DNA of 64,000 bases, from contig OZ176050.1 in the NCBI GenBank assembly GCA_964247055.1, forward strand, positions 13,578,001 through 13,642,000, given 5' to 3'. Shown in pieces: positions 36,021 to 51,360 of the stretch (its first letter is position 1; each line of letters begins with the position of its first letter). The notes below the pieces were generated by a model. It made no database searches and was not told the origin of the DNA. It worked only from the letters and a program-made list of their open reading frames with translations. A program made the translations under genes and the position numbers. Source of the DNA: Paragordius varius. Its lineage: Eukaryota > Animalia > Nematomorpha.

Positions 36021-37720
36021 TAGATTAAGAAACATTTTTTTAAATTACATTAGAATATTATAAATTTGCGATTGTTGTGTAATGATAATAAAGCTAAATA
36101 ATATGTTAACAATAAAAATTAAACGTGGTTGAAAGATACAATTAGTATTTGACATAATCATATAACTATTTATATAAAAATAATTTAATAATTTACATAT
36201 TAAAATTTGTCATGAAAAATTGATTGTTTGATAAAAAATATTATATAACACTAATTCACATTATACGGGCAAAACTTAAAAATATAAACACAAATACGTT
36301 TTTTTTGTAACAGATAACCCTACTTTTTTAAACCTTAATTTTTCCTACAAAACTATTTGGTTCAGTTTTTAAATGGTATTAACAATTACACCTCGATTCC
36401 CTATATTTCAACCCAAAACAACAATAAGTAATATTTGAAAAAGTATTATGATTGTCTTTTAGAAAAAATATTTATCTTTATATTTTTACGTTTTGTCCGT
36501 ATAATTTCAATTTTTATCCTGTAATTTTGTCAAATGAAGAGTGAAATTTCAAAATGAACGAAGCCAACCTTTGACGGCCCACAGAATAAAATATAAATTT
36601 CTTGCACTGCCAACTCAAAAAAATCTTCAAAAAAAAGAAAAGATGCAAAATTTATAATAGCGACGATCCTACAAATATACCTTTTACAGTTCAAATTCAC
36701 CCTTGAACTATTGAAATTCACAAAAATAAATTGTGGTTTTTAAGATTAAAATTTACTATATATTTTTTTATATTTTTAAAAAATGCAATTTGGCTTACAA
36801 TTAATATAATACTGAAAAACTAATACATATAAATGATGAGTTGTATTAGTCTGAAAACACATAAATTATTTTTAGGGTGAACTTGAATTGTTCAAGGGTG
36901 GATGTGAATTTAAATGATATATATTTAAAATTATACACACTCTTCATCTCCTATTACAAGCAATGAAGACACAAGCAAAATAATTAGTATTTTAGCCGAC
37001 ATTAATGTTAAATTTATATTTGTTGTGAATCATGCCTGTAAAACAAATCCAATATATATTAAACTTGACTCTGAGAAGGACACATGATATCAGACTGATT
37101 CTGTTTAATATACTTCCATATGTTTGTCAATTTACCAAAGTCAATAACATTTTTAAGGTTTTAATTTACTGGAAAAACAGTTGTCATTTGGGCCTCCCAA
37201 ACAATAGTAGTCTATAAATACAGGGGTATACACGTTTTTTGCGATACGCAAAAGACCTATAAAAATGTTTAAAAAAATGGATTTTAATCAAAAATATACT
37301 ATTATTTAGGAGATATAATATCCAAAATTGAGTTTAAATAAATTAATAAAGACAAAAATTATCAAAGCTGTCCGCGAAATATCTTCGTTGTACATACCTG
37401 CTATAATAATACGTGTTTATCATATAGCGTTCTTGAATAAGCTAAAATTAAACATGTTTTTTCTAATATCCCTCTAAAACCAGTGGGCTAATCAGTTTGC
37501 AATATTAAAATTTCGATATTTAAAAAATTGCGATAAATTATTTACCAGTTTTAAAAATTTTAAAAGATCAAGGACGTAAAAAGTTTGTTTTAACATAAAT
37601 GAAGAAGTGTTTTTTTATTAAAGGCATATGTTAAATATGCACATCCCTATCGCCATGCAAATAAAAAACTAATGTTAGCTAAAATATTTTTTAAGCAGGA
37701 GTTACTGAAATTTATTGATA

Positions 37721-38037
37721 TACTAGCGTAAATCTCGTGCTGCTACGCAGCCCGAGGAAGTCCTTCGGACTTCTGAAGGGGGGGATTATTTCGAAACATT
37801 ATTTAATACAGGATTATCTAAACGGTGCATTCATACTAATATATTGTTTACTGGTATTAAGGCCCCAAATTAACGGCTAACGGAAAAAACCACTATACTA
37901 TATTTTTTACCTTTTTAGAGGTATTATTTAAAGCATTCGAACTCGTATGCATTCATTAATGATTATATTTTTTTGAAATTTGGATTTGAATGGGTCTACC
38001 GGCTTTCCGGAAACAGATCACAAAGCCACCACTCTCC

Positions 38038-38072
<35 letters not shown>

Positions 38073-39111
38073 ACAGTATGAATAAGTATAAATTGCTAGA
38101 AAATAATTAATTATTTCCAAATAGCATACATAGTGAAGGGCAATTTAAAAAAACCGCACGACCTAATTTTGCCTTGTTACGGGTATTATTTTAAGTACCT
38201 TTTGAACTCATATGGCCTGATAGGTTTTCTTCAAATTAGTTCCAAAACAACGTAACTTTTATATAGTGGCGCAGTTTTAGGCGGGTAGGTCCCTACGAGG
38301 CTGATACAAAAAAAGCGCTTGATTGAAATTTTTGCCTTTTTACAGAGAATACCTGGAATCATGATTGATGCCATATACTCTCATTATTTTTTGGAAAAAT
38401 TGCCTCAAAATTAAAAACCATTCTATGGTGGCGCATTTTTCAGGGTGTGAACGGCCTAATTAACGGCTAATTTAAAAAACTACACGATCTAAATTTTTGC
38501 CTTGTTACGGGTAATGTTTTAAGCAGCTATTGAACTAGTGCCTGATATGTTTTCTGAAATTTAGCTCCAAAGGGACGCCATTTCGATATGACGGATCAGT
38601 TTTTAACGGGTATCTCCTTACCCAGCAGCTATCATCAAACAAACGCCTGACTAAAATTTTTGCTTTTAGGGAATACGTGGAATCTTTATTGAATACGGTC
38701 TCATACTTTGAGCTAAAAATAAATTCAAAAAATTATTTTTGTGGACTTAATTTATTTGAAAAGGGTGGCATTTTACGGGGGGAGGGGGTATAAAGAGGGC
38801 CTAAGTTAAAAAAGCGAGACGACTATGTTCAGCGCAATCGAAAATAAGTAAACAAAAATCATATTTGTAATAGAATGGACCAACACGTTCCCCAGAAAAT
38901 TGTCTCAAAGACACGATTTTTGTGGACTTTTCAAAAAAAACCCGTTTTTTACACGGGGTGACCCCTTACTGGGGACCTATCAATAAAAGGGCGAAGCTAT
39001 TGTCGGGGCATTCATGTGATTATATATTTTTGTTTGGTTTTCAATTAATCTACCGGTTTTCCGGAAACAGATCACAAAGCCACCACTTTCCATTTTTATA
39101 AATATATAGAT
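37721..39111 (+). mobile_element. Non-autonomous Helitron-like element with duplicated 3' end and internal repeats
   Basis: 5' TACTAG followed by hairpins GCTGC-TAC-GCAGC and GAAGTCC-TTC-GGACTTC. The 47-bp motif TCTACCGG.TTTCCGGAAACAGATCACAAAGCCACCACT.TCCATTT occurs at about 37995 and 39049. The end resembles Lep1/HINE-type ATTTATAA..TA.AT termini. No Rep/helicase sequence seen. Confidence 0.5.
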
Positions 39112-41619
39112 GACATTTAAATAATATAACACGAATTTTTCACTCCCCAATCACATTTTCTAGTTAAATTTTGATCAAAGACTTAATTAGCTTTAATTGA
39201 TGTGGTAGGACTTCTCACTATTATATATAATCTTTGGCGTTTAAATACTTCAGTGTATGTATTTATTTTGTTAAAGCCTTTTTGCGCCTTATGATTGTTA
39301 TAAATCAGCGCAAATAAATCTTTATTTCTCAAACTGAATTAGCAGATTCGCTTGTTAAAATATGGCAATTTAGACAGATTTATAATTTATCACATATTGA
39401 AACTACTGATTTTTACAAGGTATTTTATTTAAAAATATATCAGTAAAGACTTTTCAACAAATCAAAATTAAAAATCTAAATTTTATATTACGTACGCATT
39501 TAAACTTAATTAATTAATTTTATACACTCTTAAAATGTGTAATTTCGATTATGCTTGATTATATATAAAAAATATATATTATAAAATTAGTTGTTAATTT
39601 TTTGATTAATAAATTATGCTCTGGTATCAAATTCACATACCTTTCAAAAGATAATTTGGTTAAAGAGTTTCATAACCTGTGCTATAGCTTACAAATGGTC
39701 CGTTACGATTAACATTTTTTGTTTTTTGGTATTCTTTCTAAAAATGAAATTTTTCCAATATTTTATTTAATCATTATTACCATCAAAACGATATAAATAA
39801 TAATTGAATATATTTTGAAACAAATTCGGAGCCCTAAACAGACCTAATTTATAAAAACAGACCTAAAACAACAACTTTAATATTCTCATCACACAGCTAT
39901 AGAGCTGTCATACGTATGTATAAAAATATGGCACACCTCTCTTGTTTTTATATAGATTTTTAACAGATTAAAGTATGTGTAAAAAATGTTAAAAGTTGTG
40001 TGTTTTCCAACAATGATAACTTTAATAATAACAATATTATGGTTGGAATGACATACTCTTTACAAAACATTTATTGTACACATCTTCCTAAAATAATATA
40101 TATATTATGCAACCAACTCATATTTTTGTAAAGATCCACCAAAACAAGCACATAAAATCATTATAGATCCATATTTATACTATATGAACCATAATTCAAA
40201 ATTATCTCAGGTATATAATTTTATGTTATTTTATTTTAGTAACCTGTTAATTATTTTTAAAATTAAATTTTTAATGATTTACATTCTATTGATGCCAAAT
40301 AGAGTATTTTAATAATATTAAGCGAAATCTATCATTAAGATTTTGTGGTCGTATACCTTATATAAATAAGTAGTATAAACTTAAAACTGGTAATTTTTCT
40401 AAAATTACTAAATAATTAAAAATAAGTTTAAGAAACTTTGTTCAAAGGTTTTAACTCTCTCTTTAGACGCCTTATAAAATGTACTTGTAAATATTTCATC
40501 TCAAACACTTTTTGTCTCTAGGTTTTGGATTGCAAATAAGAATATATTATATCACTTTAAAAATCAAATGGCACATTTTTATTTTTTAACAAAAAATATT
40601 GCTATAATTATTAAACTAGCTTGTTTCAAAGGATCAGGGAAACTATATAAATGTTAGCTTGTGGAAGTTGAATAATAAAAATTATTTTGCACATAAAAAT
40701 ATAATTTTGATAATATATGCCAGTCACTCTTCTGTGGCTTATAATATTTTATTAAAATTTATGCTTTTAAGGCAGGCGCAAACCTATTTCAGAAATAAAT
40801 TTTAAATGTAATCAGGTGTTTTTGAATATATATATATATATCATAATTTGCATTGTATTGCTCACATCAAGATATTTATAATATAGCAGGGTTCGAATAA
40901 AACATAAATTTTTATATGCCATCCCTGATTTTCTTATTCAACATATTTTTTTTATATTATTCCTTTAATTAAAAAAATTCGCGGCATAACAAATCATAAA
41001 GTGTTGTTGATATAGTAAAAATTTTTAAATAGCAAATATATAAATCTTTTGTCACCTACTATTTTTGCAGTTGGACCTTTTGGAATCAACAAACAAACGT
41101 TAAAAAAACGACATGATTATATAATCAATCTTTCATTTTTTTAAAATTAAAAATGAAGAAATAAATTTGCCTAATCAATTTGTGGGTATTAAATGTCAAC
41201 TAACGTGCTAATTTTTATATACTATGCTGTGTATTTTATCAATTTTTAAGCTACTAAATTATATTATTAAACCTTTTATAAAATTATAATTTATATTTAT
41301 CAACACTTTATGACTTTCTGGGATAGTTTATATCCTAGAGCAATTTGAAATTTAATTATCCTACTAGATTTAAGGTATCAGGCCGAAATTAAAAATATGG
41401 TTTCTTTACCCTTTTAAGCACACCAAACAATATAATTTTTTAAAAATATAAAATTGTATAAAATTCTGATCTCATTCACTGTTATTATTTTTCTTTAAAT
41501 TTATTGAAATCGCTCGCTAATATAATAGGCAAATATAGGTATTTATAGTTAGAAAATGTAAATTATTAATTTAGTAAGCTTCCTAATTGTAATTTATCAG
41601 CGAATTGATGTTTATTAAT

Positions 41620-41840
41620 TTTAGAATCAGCTGTTTAGCTGGATCGTGTTTTGAAGCTGTCCCAATTTTAGGATCTATAAGTCATAAAATTGAAATCTTT
41701 TTAACTAAGAGAACAATGTTTGATAATTGAATTTTAACTAAAATAATTTTCAAAACACTAGTTTACAATTAGCTCAGGGATATACGTATACCTCAATATA
41801 TTATCGCGGATAAACAAGTGAAAATTTCACGGGTGTTAAG
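41620..41840. mobile_element. ATCAGCTG-family repeat (piggyBac-like right end ...GTGTTAA); relatives at ~22810-23660, 44215-44420, 52195-52430, 63945-64000
   Basis: Shared ATCAGCTGTT...GCTG(T)CCCAATTTT...GAGAACAATGTTTGATAA...TTTTAACTAAAATAA blocks. Confidence 0.6.
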
Positions 41841-44800
41841 GATTAGTAAAAAACTAAACTATTTAATAAATTATTCATTCAGGTGATATAAATTTACAAA
41901 GTATTTTTTATAGTATTTTCATAAACCTTTCCGTAACTCAATAAAATATTTTGATTATTTTATGGATGTAATGAAGGCGAAAACGGATGCAATTAAAAAT
42001 GTGCCTAAATTACATGGAAACAATTGCATTTTAATTCCTAAAATAGTAAATAGCTAACATATATATTAATTTATGTGGTTTCTCACTTTTAATTAAATGT
42101 AGGCACCAAAAAATGGACATTTACATTTTAGCCTTTAAAAAATGGATAAATGTGACAATAAATATACCGCTTTGTGCATTTTTGCGACCGCGCAAAATTA
42201 CACCACAAAAATAAATATAATGATTTTACTTTATAATATGTATTAAACAGAAACAAAGGTATCAGATCTTTCGTATAGTAGGAAATTATAAACTCTGTAT
42301 ATATATTTTGTATATTGATAATTTTAAAATATCTGAACACGCCTCAACAATCCTATAATATTTATTTATTTTGAAACAGCTTTAAAAAAAAATATTACTC
42401 AATACACTTTTAATTTAATTAATTTTATCAGTATAGTATTCTTCTTAATTAAAGTTAAGGACATATATCAAAGATATTAAGATTGCGTTTAAAATATACT
42501 GAGAATTGATCTTTTCAAAAAAATTTAATTAATAATCGATAGATCACAACTACTTATATCAAAATATATAGTTTTTTTAACTCCATAATTTTTATATATA
42601 TTTTCAAATCTCTTGCTGTAAATCATTTAATTAATGTTATATTTATATTCTCAGTATATATTTTATAGGAGTTTTATTTTTAGAAAGTTAAATGTTAGGT
42701 GACAAAGGTCTAATGTCCGAATTGACACCAAATAGTTTTAACGAGTCATCATAAAAATATCGTATATAATAACATTTGAATTAAAAATTTTGGCATATTT
42801 ATTAATTTAATTTATATCAATCAAAAATTTATAATATTTTAAGTATCTTTTAATTCAAAAGAATACAAACTAAGTACTGACAGCTTAGTTTTTCCAATGA
42901 TTATCTTTTATGAAATTATATCATCACTTTGGGGGTTTAAAGCCCATTTTCACGCTAAAATAAAAATAATCTCCCAAAAACGATAAAATTTAACCAAGGA
43001 CCTTAAGAAACAAGAAAACGGGATTCCCTGTTCTTTCTGTTAGACTCGATTATAAAAATAATAAAATTAATTAAAAAGCCTTGACTAAAAACCAAAAAAT
43101 ATTAATTTTGTAGGTTAATTTTATTTCTGGTTTCCATAATTAAAAAATTGAAATAAAATAGAAATTTCTGCAATATAGGGTTGTTATCTCTTATACTTTA
43201 ACAATCCAAAGCTTAACATTTTATTTGGTAATGTTTTATGTTTTTAAATAATATTAGAGCTCAAATTTTTTTCAGAAACCAATCTTTAAATCACTAAAAA
43301 TTTGTAACTGATTGAAATAAACGAAATGCTATTTGCTAAAAACTCAACATATTTTAAACGTTAAAACAAAAATTATGATTTATTTTAAAAACAATTTTTA
43401 AAAATTGTTGATGGTTTGGATTCTACAAAAATTGTTCTTTTCTGGATTAGTTGGATTTGGCTAGATCGTCATAAGTTATGATTTCTAGCAATCATTAATC
43501 ATAATACTTAATTGTAATATTATTCTTCTTAAAACTTTTTTTACACTTTATAAACTATTATATCAAGCAATTATCCCTTCAACATTTTCCTAATCGTAGG
43601 TAAAGATTAATATAGCTCACTTAGGTTTTATATATATATATTTGATGGATTTCAAAATTATTAGATGTTATAGAAAAAACCAAAAATTACCACATACTTA
43701 TTTTGCAATAGGATATTTTATAATAATTCTTTTTTTTATTAAAACAAAACATCGCAAAAAGGATTAAAATTAATTGGTTATTTAAGCTAAGTAGAGCTCA
43801 TTACATATTTAGCGTTAATTTTAGACTTTAAGATTAAGAAATGTAAATTAGGTGAAAAATTGGTTTTTCTATTACTTTTACACAAACTTTAGAATCATAA
43901 ATGCGGTAAAAAATTTTCTTCAAAGTGGATTCTACAAAAAATTCATAAATTTACAAAATACTTAACAATAAAATAAAAAGTATTTTCTTTATACAATTAT
44001 TGCTTGCTTGCTTTAGCCTTTTACGTGCATTATAAATTTTTTTAGAATGTAAAATCTCAAACTTTTTTGTCTCCATTTTTTTTCTATAAATTATATTAAT
44101 CGCTAATGAAACAGGAAAATAAATATATATTATGGTGAGATAATGTAAATATTTAACTTTCAAAAACTTTGAAGTTATATTCAACAAAGAAAACCTTGAT
44201 ATATTTCGTTCTTATTATCAGCTGTTCGGTTCAATGGTGTTTTCGAGCTGCCCAATATCATACTTTAGAAGCTACAAAATTGTAAAATATATAAGCTTTT
44301 TTATTTAATGCATGAGAACAATGTTTGATAATAAATTTTAACTAAAATAACTTACAAAACCGTAGTTTATTTGCAAAATTGACCTTTGGAATGTAAAACC
44401 CCAATTTGTAAACTACAAAAAGGTAAAAGGTAATAAACCATTAACAGAAGTATAACTAAAATTTTTTAACTTGTGATTACTTTGATTTTCATTTCTTTGA
44501 CTAACCTTTTCGAACATGCCTTTAACCTATTGCAGATAAAAGAAAAGATTAGTACTGTCTCAGTGTAATTAATAGTTAGGTTGGTATTGCTGATTTATAC
44601 AGAAACAGAGATATCTAAATACTCTTATAATAATATATGTTAATTACTTTTGTCTTAGTATAATACACAGTTGCTCAAAAAAGGATTTAAACCAAAGAAA
44701 TACGTATAAAATCTGATTGTGATTTTACATATTATTCAGCTATTTTGATTCTATGTGGTGGATAATATAAATAAATGTACTAGGCTAGATGAATTAAGAT

Positions 44801-46421
44801 GATAATGTTGTTGATATAATTGGAAAAATTAATCCCCGTTGGTTTAATTTGTTTTATCGGTGAATGAACATTTAAGCAATTGTTGTATTTGTGGTAAAAT
44901 ATTTAACAGAAAAGACAAAACAAAAGTGATAATTTTTTTCCAATCTACTATGGAACTTAATATAAATAATTAAGAATTTATATTTATAATTTTTTTGCTT
45001 AAACTTGGTATTAACTTTTTTGAATTCTTACACCACAATTACAAGTTATTTTTAGTATTATTTTTGAAAAAAATGATTTTAGTTATATAATGTTAATAAT
45101 TTAGTTAATAGATAAATATCGTTGCCTCTTACAAAAAAATATTGCGTTTCCAAATTTAAATTATATAATATTTCTAGATAATTTCAAAATAATTTTTCAA
45201 ATACAAGTCGAACTCCTTCTATGAAAACCATAAATTTTTTTGTTAATAGCTCTAATTATCTGACCACAGAAGCTTAAAACAGATATTTTATATCTGTAAC
45301 AAAAGGAATAATAAAATTTTCTTAATTATATTTTGCCATTTTACACAGAATTTTAATGTTAAATTCTTCACGGCGGTTTTATAGTTATCAATCGATAATA
45401 CAATCATAGCGAAAGGATGATCTAAGATTATGAAATCATAAGGTCCTAATATTCATTAAAACCCTAGTGTTATCTATACTAAAACCATTATATTTTGCAT
45501 TATCAAAATAATTTTCTTAACATTATCAATATGTAATAATAATTTATATCTTTATACGTATTAAAAGATTTTTTGATTATGCTATAAGCAATTGTATGAC
45601 ATTTCTATAAATGTTATGTAATAATTTTAACAAAAAGTTATCAACAAAAAAGTTGAATCATACCGAATAAGATAAATTAGTTATTCAGCCAAAAAATGTG
45701 AACAAACCCCATATCTCAAATATTTCTAATAACTTTGTATCAATTTAAACTTCTTTTAACTTTTCTAGTGTGATAATAGGAATTATTTTATTTTACTTCA
45801 TCCCTACATGCTTCCTAATGGTAAAATCATTTAAAAAATTAATATTTTGAGGCATAATTACAAATTAGTGAACGGTAGACCTTGTATAATGGCCAATGTA
45901 TTTTAATTTGAATTTGCTTAACCATTTCTTTAAATTTTAATTTTAACATGATCAGTTAAAATAATTTTTAATAACTAATATAAGGTAAGAAAACCATAAA
46001 GTTTTTGAATTGTTATAGTTTTTGATTCTGTTTGTATCGAACTAACAGTCATAAACATAAGTACCACATCTCAGTACCAGATGAAATAATATTTTTTGAA
46101 AAAAGATTTACTGGATTAAATTTTCAGCACTTTTGGCCTATTGTATGCTATGAAAGAGGGATTGTTTTAAACAATTTTATAAAAAAATGAAACTTGAAAT
46201 GACATATTTTATACCATTTTTTCATGGTTCAACTCCAAAATGATAAATGCTATTACGATATAGTTTTTCTGTAATTTTTTCTATCAATGAAATTTAAAAC
46301 CATCAAATTTTGATTTATTGTTCAGTACAGTGTTGTTGATTAGAAATTGATGGATTATATTGTGATAATTTAAAATCCAAGATGTCTATACTTGTGCAAA
46401 ACTTTTATTATAAAATGTTGC

Positions 46422-46617
46422 ATATACAGTATGAGTAAGTATACATTGCTAGAAAGTCATTATTTCTTGCCAAATAGTAAATACAACAAAGGGCCGTATT
46501 TTTGGCTTATAGTAATTTTTCCACTTTTTTTATTATTAGCCAATAATAGTGCCCTTTGTTGAATTTACTATTTGGAAAATTAATATATAGCAATGTAATC
46601 TTACTCATACTGTATAA
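46422..46617. mobile_element. pogo/Tc1-like MITE (TA|CAGTATGAGTAAG); relative at ~17990-18175
   Basis: TATACAGTATGAGTAAG ... CTTACTCATACTGTATA inverted ends. Confidence 0.75.
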
Positions 46618-47659
46618 CACTTTATTCCTATTTAGGATTATTAAGCTTATATTTTACGATAACTAATATTTAGACTTAAACTTTGTATATACCCTACATC
46701 TCAGAATAAAACAGACGATATCGAAAGTTTGCTTTTCATTGATTAATTTTACTTTAATACCAGTTTTTACCGATTTAACATATTCCCTAAAAAAATTAAA
46801 ATTTTTAAAACTCAAACACGAGGTTATTTTTATTTTTGGCCAGCGAATGCATATTTAACAATTTGTACCAATATCCTAGATATGTTCAAAATCGCCCTGT
46901 GGTATAAGTATACCTCAAGGTAAGTAATTGTTCCAGTTATTTGACTGAAGATACAAAATATAATCACCCTAGTTATATTCTAAATATTTTTATTTTTTAC
47001 AGTTTCTCAAAAAATATAAAATTCTTTATACATTTACTTAATGATGCGCTTAATGAAGGTTTTTTTATCTTTTTTTGCGATTTTTTTAGTTACAATCGGG
47101 TAGCTACCAATGTTAGAAAATAAATATATAATAATTAGTTAACAATATTAAATATGGATGGAAAAAAATATTTAAAATATGACTAAACTCAAGGAATATT
47201 TCAAAAGAACTAATTTATTGCCGTAAAGACAAAACACATTTTAAGTGCAATTTTTATAATGATTCTGGCTTCGTGATTCCCTTAAGATTTGTATAAAGTT
47301 TAGGATAGGTAGTGCATTTAACTACGGCAATTAACAAATCACTCAAAATTATCGATATATAGTACAATATTCTATGCCTCAAAAATTATGATTTGAGAAT
47401 AATTTTTTTTGATAAATTATTAATGAGTTCTTTTTTTCTGTATCATTAAATATTACTAATGATAGTAAAAATTTAGTTGATGTCCCGAAATTTGTAATAT
47501 CTTATTAAAATATAAAATTTGTATAAATTCGGACAAAATTCTTTGACACTAAGGAAGAAAGTTAGAACTTTTGTTACATGAAAAAAACGGTTAATATATT
47601 ATAATTGTTATTGAAAATCCATGCATCATTTTTATTGTAGTCTCTATTATATATTATAT

Positions 47660-47800
47660 AGGCAGTAGCGTATGGCAAAATATTAGCCCATAAAAGAAAA
47701 AAAAAGTTTTTTTTAAAAAACAAGGGGATATTATGGATATGTGTATACATTTTTTATTTCTTATGGACTAATAATGTTTTATGTCATACGCTACTGTATA
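47660..47800. mobile_element. Small MITE with CAGTAGCGTATG(G/A)CA TIRs; partial copy at ~48470-48542
   Basis: CAGTAGCGTATGGCA ... TGTCATACGCTACTGTA. Confidence 0.75.
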
Positions 47801-50744
47801 TGTTATAGACATATATTTGTGATTAGGATTTTTAATTAAAGAGCTGGAAATATTCCATGCATAAATGAGTAGATAGTTTGGTAAAATGGAAGCTATGGAA
47901 TATTTTGCTTGAATGTGTTGTCATGCATAAAATTGACACTAAATAATTAACAGTAAGTTAGTTAGTCCCTTCTGTAGGAACCAGAAAGAGTTAATCTAAA
48001 GAACAGTAAAGATTATAAATGAACTTTTATGTGTGTATATACATACATTACAGGTTAGAGGTCTTTTAATTAAGAGAATCTTAGCGATATTTTTATTATT
48101 TCTACGAAGGCATATTTAGCATTCCAGAATGACGTTTCCAATAAGATTTCCAGAGTTTTTTTTCTTTAATTAATGAAAACTGTAACGGCTACCAGTAAAG
48201 AAAATAAAACATAATTACGAAACTACATGAGAGAATGATTTTTGTTCGCAAAAATCTTTTTAGCAGATAACTTTCTATTTTTCACGCTAAAATGACCAAA
48301 ATCCCTGTATGTATATAATTAAGGATTACACAAAAATTTCATTGTATTTAATGCATATTTTAGTATTTACAGTAGCTTATGGCATTAAACAACGTTAGTC
48401 TATAAAAGTAAAAAAAACTTTAATTTTATAAAAACAACTACTCTAGTTGTGTATATGTTTACATATAGATCTCCATAATATCCCCTTATTTCATTTTATT
48501 CTTTTATAGACTCCCATTGTTTTATGCCATACGCTACTGTAAAGCAAATCGCCAATTATCATACTATATTAATTGCTCTGGTGCTGCATAGAAAATGAAT
48601 ATAATTTGTTGTTAATTAAGAAAATTAATCCCTTTTGTCTTTTACTAGTTTTTTTGCATGTTCCATTACCATAAAAATGTGATAATCTATATTTAGCGTT
48701 TTTTATCCTATAATTTCATCTTTTCATGATTCATAATGATATTTTGGAGAACATCCTATCTTACAAGATCGAAGTTAAACGAATTTAAAGGTATGCATAT
48801 ATTTAAAATTATTTTATTATGAATTTATGTTTCAATCTAGATTTGTATAAATTATTTTAAAAATGGTTGTTTTTATCTTTTTGGGTCGTTTAAGATAGAT
48901 TATTTATGGATTATCTTTACCATTATTTTGAAACTATGGGCTTATTAAGTATTAAAATTTGACGACTCAAGTAAATATCTAGGCCTGCTTTATAGCCCAA
49001 AGTAGCATTTTAATGTTTATCATGATGGTTTGCGCAAAGCGGACACATAGGAATGATTTTTACCTTGAAATAATTAATTGTTATCAAAAGATATATATAT
49101 ATATATATATATATATTGTAATCCATATCCATTTTTTGCTATTATTCGAAATATTTTATAAAATATACCCAAATATTTTTTATCAATACTTCTTTAAAGG
49201 GGCATATACTGTAATTTCAAACAATTATATCAAATTAAGCTATTGACGATATTAATGGCATATATAGCAAAACCTATAAAAATAAAAATTCTATAAACAT
49301 GAACTTTATTGGCAAATCCCAATGAATACGTTATTTTAACCATTTTTTTAATCTAATGCTATATTATATTCTTTTATACCGACCAATCCTCGCTAGATAG
49401 TATTTGATTGCAAATAATCTGCTTATTAAACATTATTATTATAACTTTATGGAATTAACATTTCTTTCTTAGCCATAAGGTCATTGATACCCATAAAAAA
49501 ATGTTGTCTTAAACAGTATTATTTAAAATTTTTAGCTACACAATTTGCATTTTAATCAATGAATGTGCTCACAATAGCTTTAATGTCGCAATAATAATTA
49601 TATTAGGTTGACATCGTTAATTTTTATTTTTGAATATTGACCTATGCTTTAATCCTATTTCTGCTTTCAAAGTTTTTTATGATGAAAGGAACTTAAGTTT
49701 TAGACCGTAATTTAACCATATTTTTAAATCCAACTATTCTGATAACGACTTTAAAAGGCTGTCCTTACGGTTAGAAACCCCATTTGGCTTCATTACGGCT
49801 TTAAGATTACAATTGACCATATAATAAAATTGACGATTTTTGTTTTTTTGAAATTTCGACTTTTTAATTTTATATCATGTTGAAATATAGTTATAGACCT
49901 ATTTATCATTTCAACTGGAATGGGTCCTAATACTAATAAAAACTATTAAAAATAAAAAAATGTTTTATTAACGCAATAAATTTGGCAAAAAATGTGAAAT
50001 ATTTTTTTTTGTCAAATCAAACATTCAAAATTGTTTTTGATTTTTTATTTCTATTAAGAGAACAAAATAATCTCACCGCAACACGAACATACAAAATATA
50101 AATATATTTTGTTGTGTCCATAATAGTATCCATATATTTTATAATGCCACCAATGATAACTTTTTTGTGCAAAAATGTATGGATATTTATTTAATAAATG
50201 ATAGAGTTAACATAAACCAGCTAATATTTTTTCAGTTCTTTCATTGCCTAATATCTGTTAATTTGGTGATAATTTATTATTGTATTTGTTTTAATACTGC
50301 AGTTATGTTACCACTATTCTCATAAAATTATGTTGTAAAATTCGCGACCATGTCATATATGGTTGGTTGTACGAGGAATAGAGATCATGTGTGCAAAACC
50401 AAATTGTATATTACTTCCGGATTATAGATGCGGTATTGTGTTTTTGGTAGGATACAAAAGACTATAAGTATGGATATACACTTTGAAAGTAGTTAAAATA
50501 AGTACTTGTTCTTTCATAATTTTGAACGATTCCTATAAATTTAAATTGATAGAGCTAAATTTTACTCGTTTAATTTGCGTAATCATATCAGTCCTTATAC
50601 ATAACTACCTCCTTCCCCACTTTCCAATACCCCTGAAGTGAGAGAAATTTTTGCCTTAATAAAATACAAAAAAATTGTTATTTAAAATTAATATTTAATT
50701 TGATTTATCGAAATAATAAAGTACTAATCCAATTTCTAAAATGT

Positions 50745-51360
50745 TTATAATAAATTCTTACCGGTTTATCTAAAAAAAGATTTCCGCGAAAAGCCCTCAT
50801 AATTTGATACGGACTCCATTTTGTTCATCTGGCATTCAACGACAAACACGCACCAGTTGAATTAGCCAAAAACTAACCTCTTGTTTTTATCATTCAGTAA
50901 TCATATCGTTTATGTGCCTGAAAAGAAACACTTGTGGCACGCATTGCGATCCGAAGAAAACGGCTGTTGAAAGTCATCATTTACTGGTAAAAACATATGG
51001 TGAACATGCTCTTTAGAACTTATATAAAACATGGTTTCAAAATGTTAAATCTTGTGATTTCATGTGAAAAAGTGTGAGCATTCTGGGAGATCTCACATCA
51101 CCAATACACTAAAGTGCAAGAATCATTAACTTTGTATAAAGGAAATCTCCCCACAGAGCAGCATTTCAATAATTTCGAAGATGTTGAAAAATAGCTTGAC
51201 GAATGGGTTTATCCATAGGGCATTTAATTTTTCTGGCACGGTATTCATCTAATCCCTTAGATATGGGCTTCATGTGTATAAGATGATGGAAATATTAAAA
51301 AAATTCTTTTCGATTACATTTTTTACCAAAAAACTGATAACAACTTATTACACTTGGCAT
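50745..51360 (+). mobile_element. Internally deleted mariner relic
   Basis: KKTAVESHHLLVKTYGEHAL...KTWFQ matches the mariner N-terminal HTH region. Confidence 0.7.

Noticed and set aside
40094-40210. Exon-like frame ATNSYFCKDPPKQAHKIIIDPY ending at a GT donor
   Set aside because: No in-frame ATG or AG acceptor after the upstream stop.
44870-44960. C2H2 zinc-finger-like CICGKIFNRKD
   Set aside because: No His ligands and no coherent neighbouring exons.
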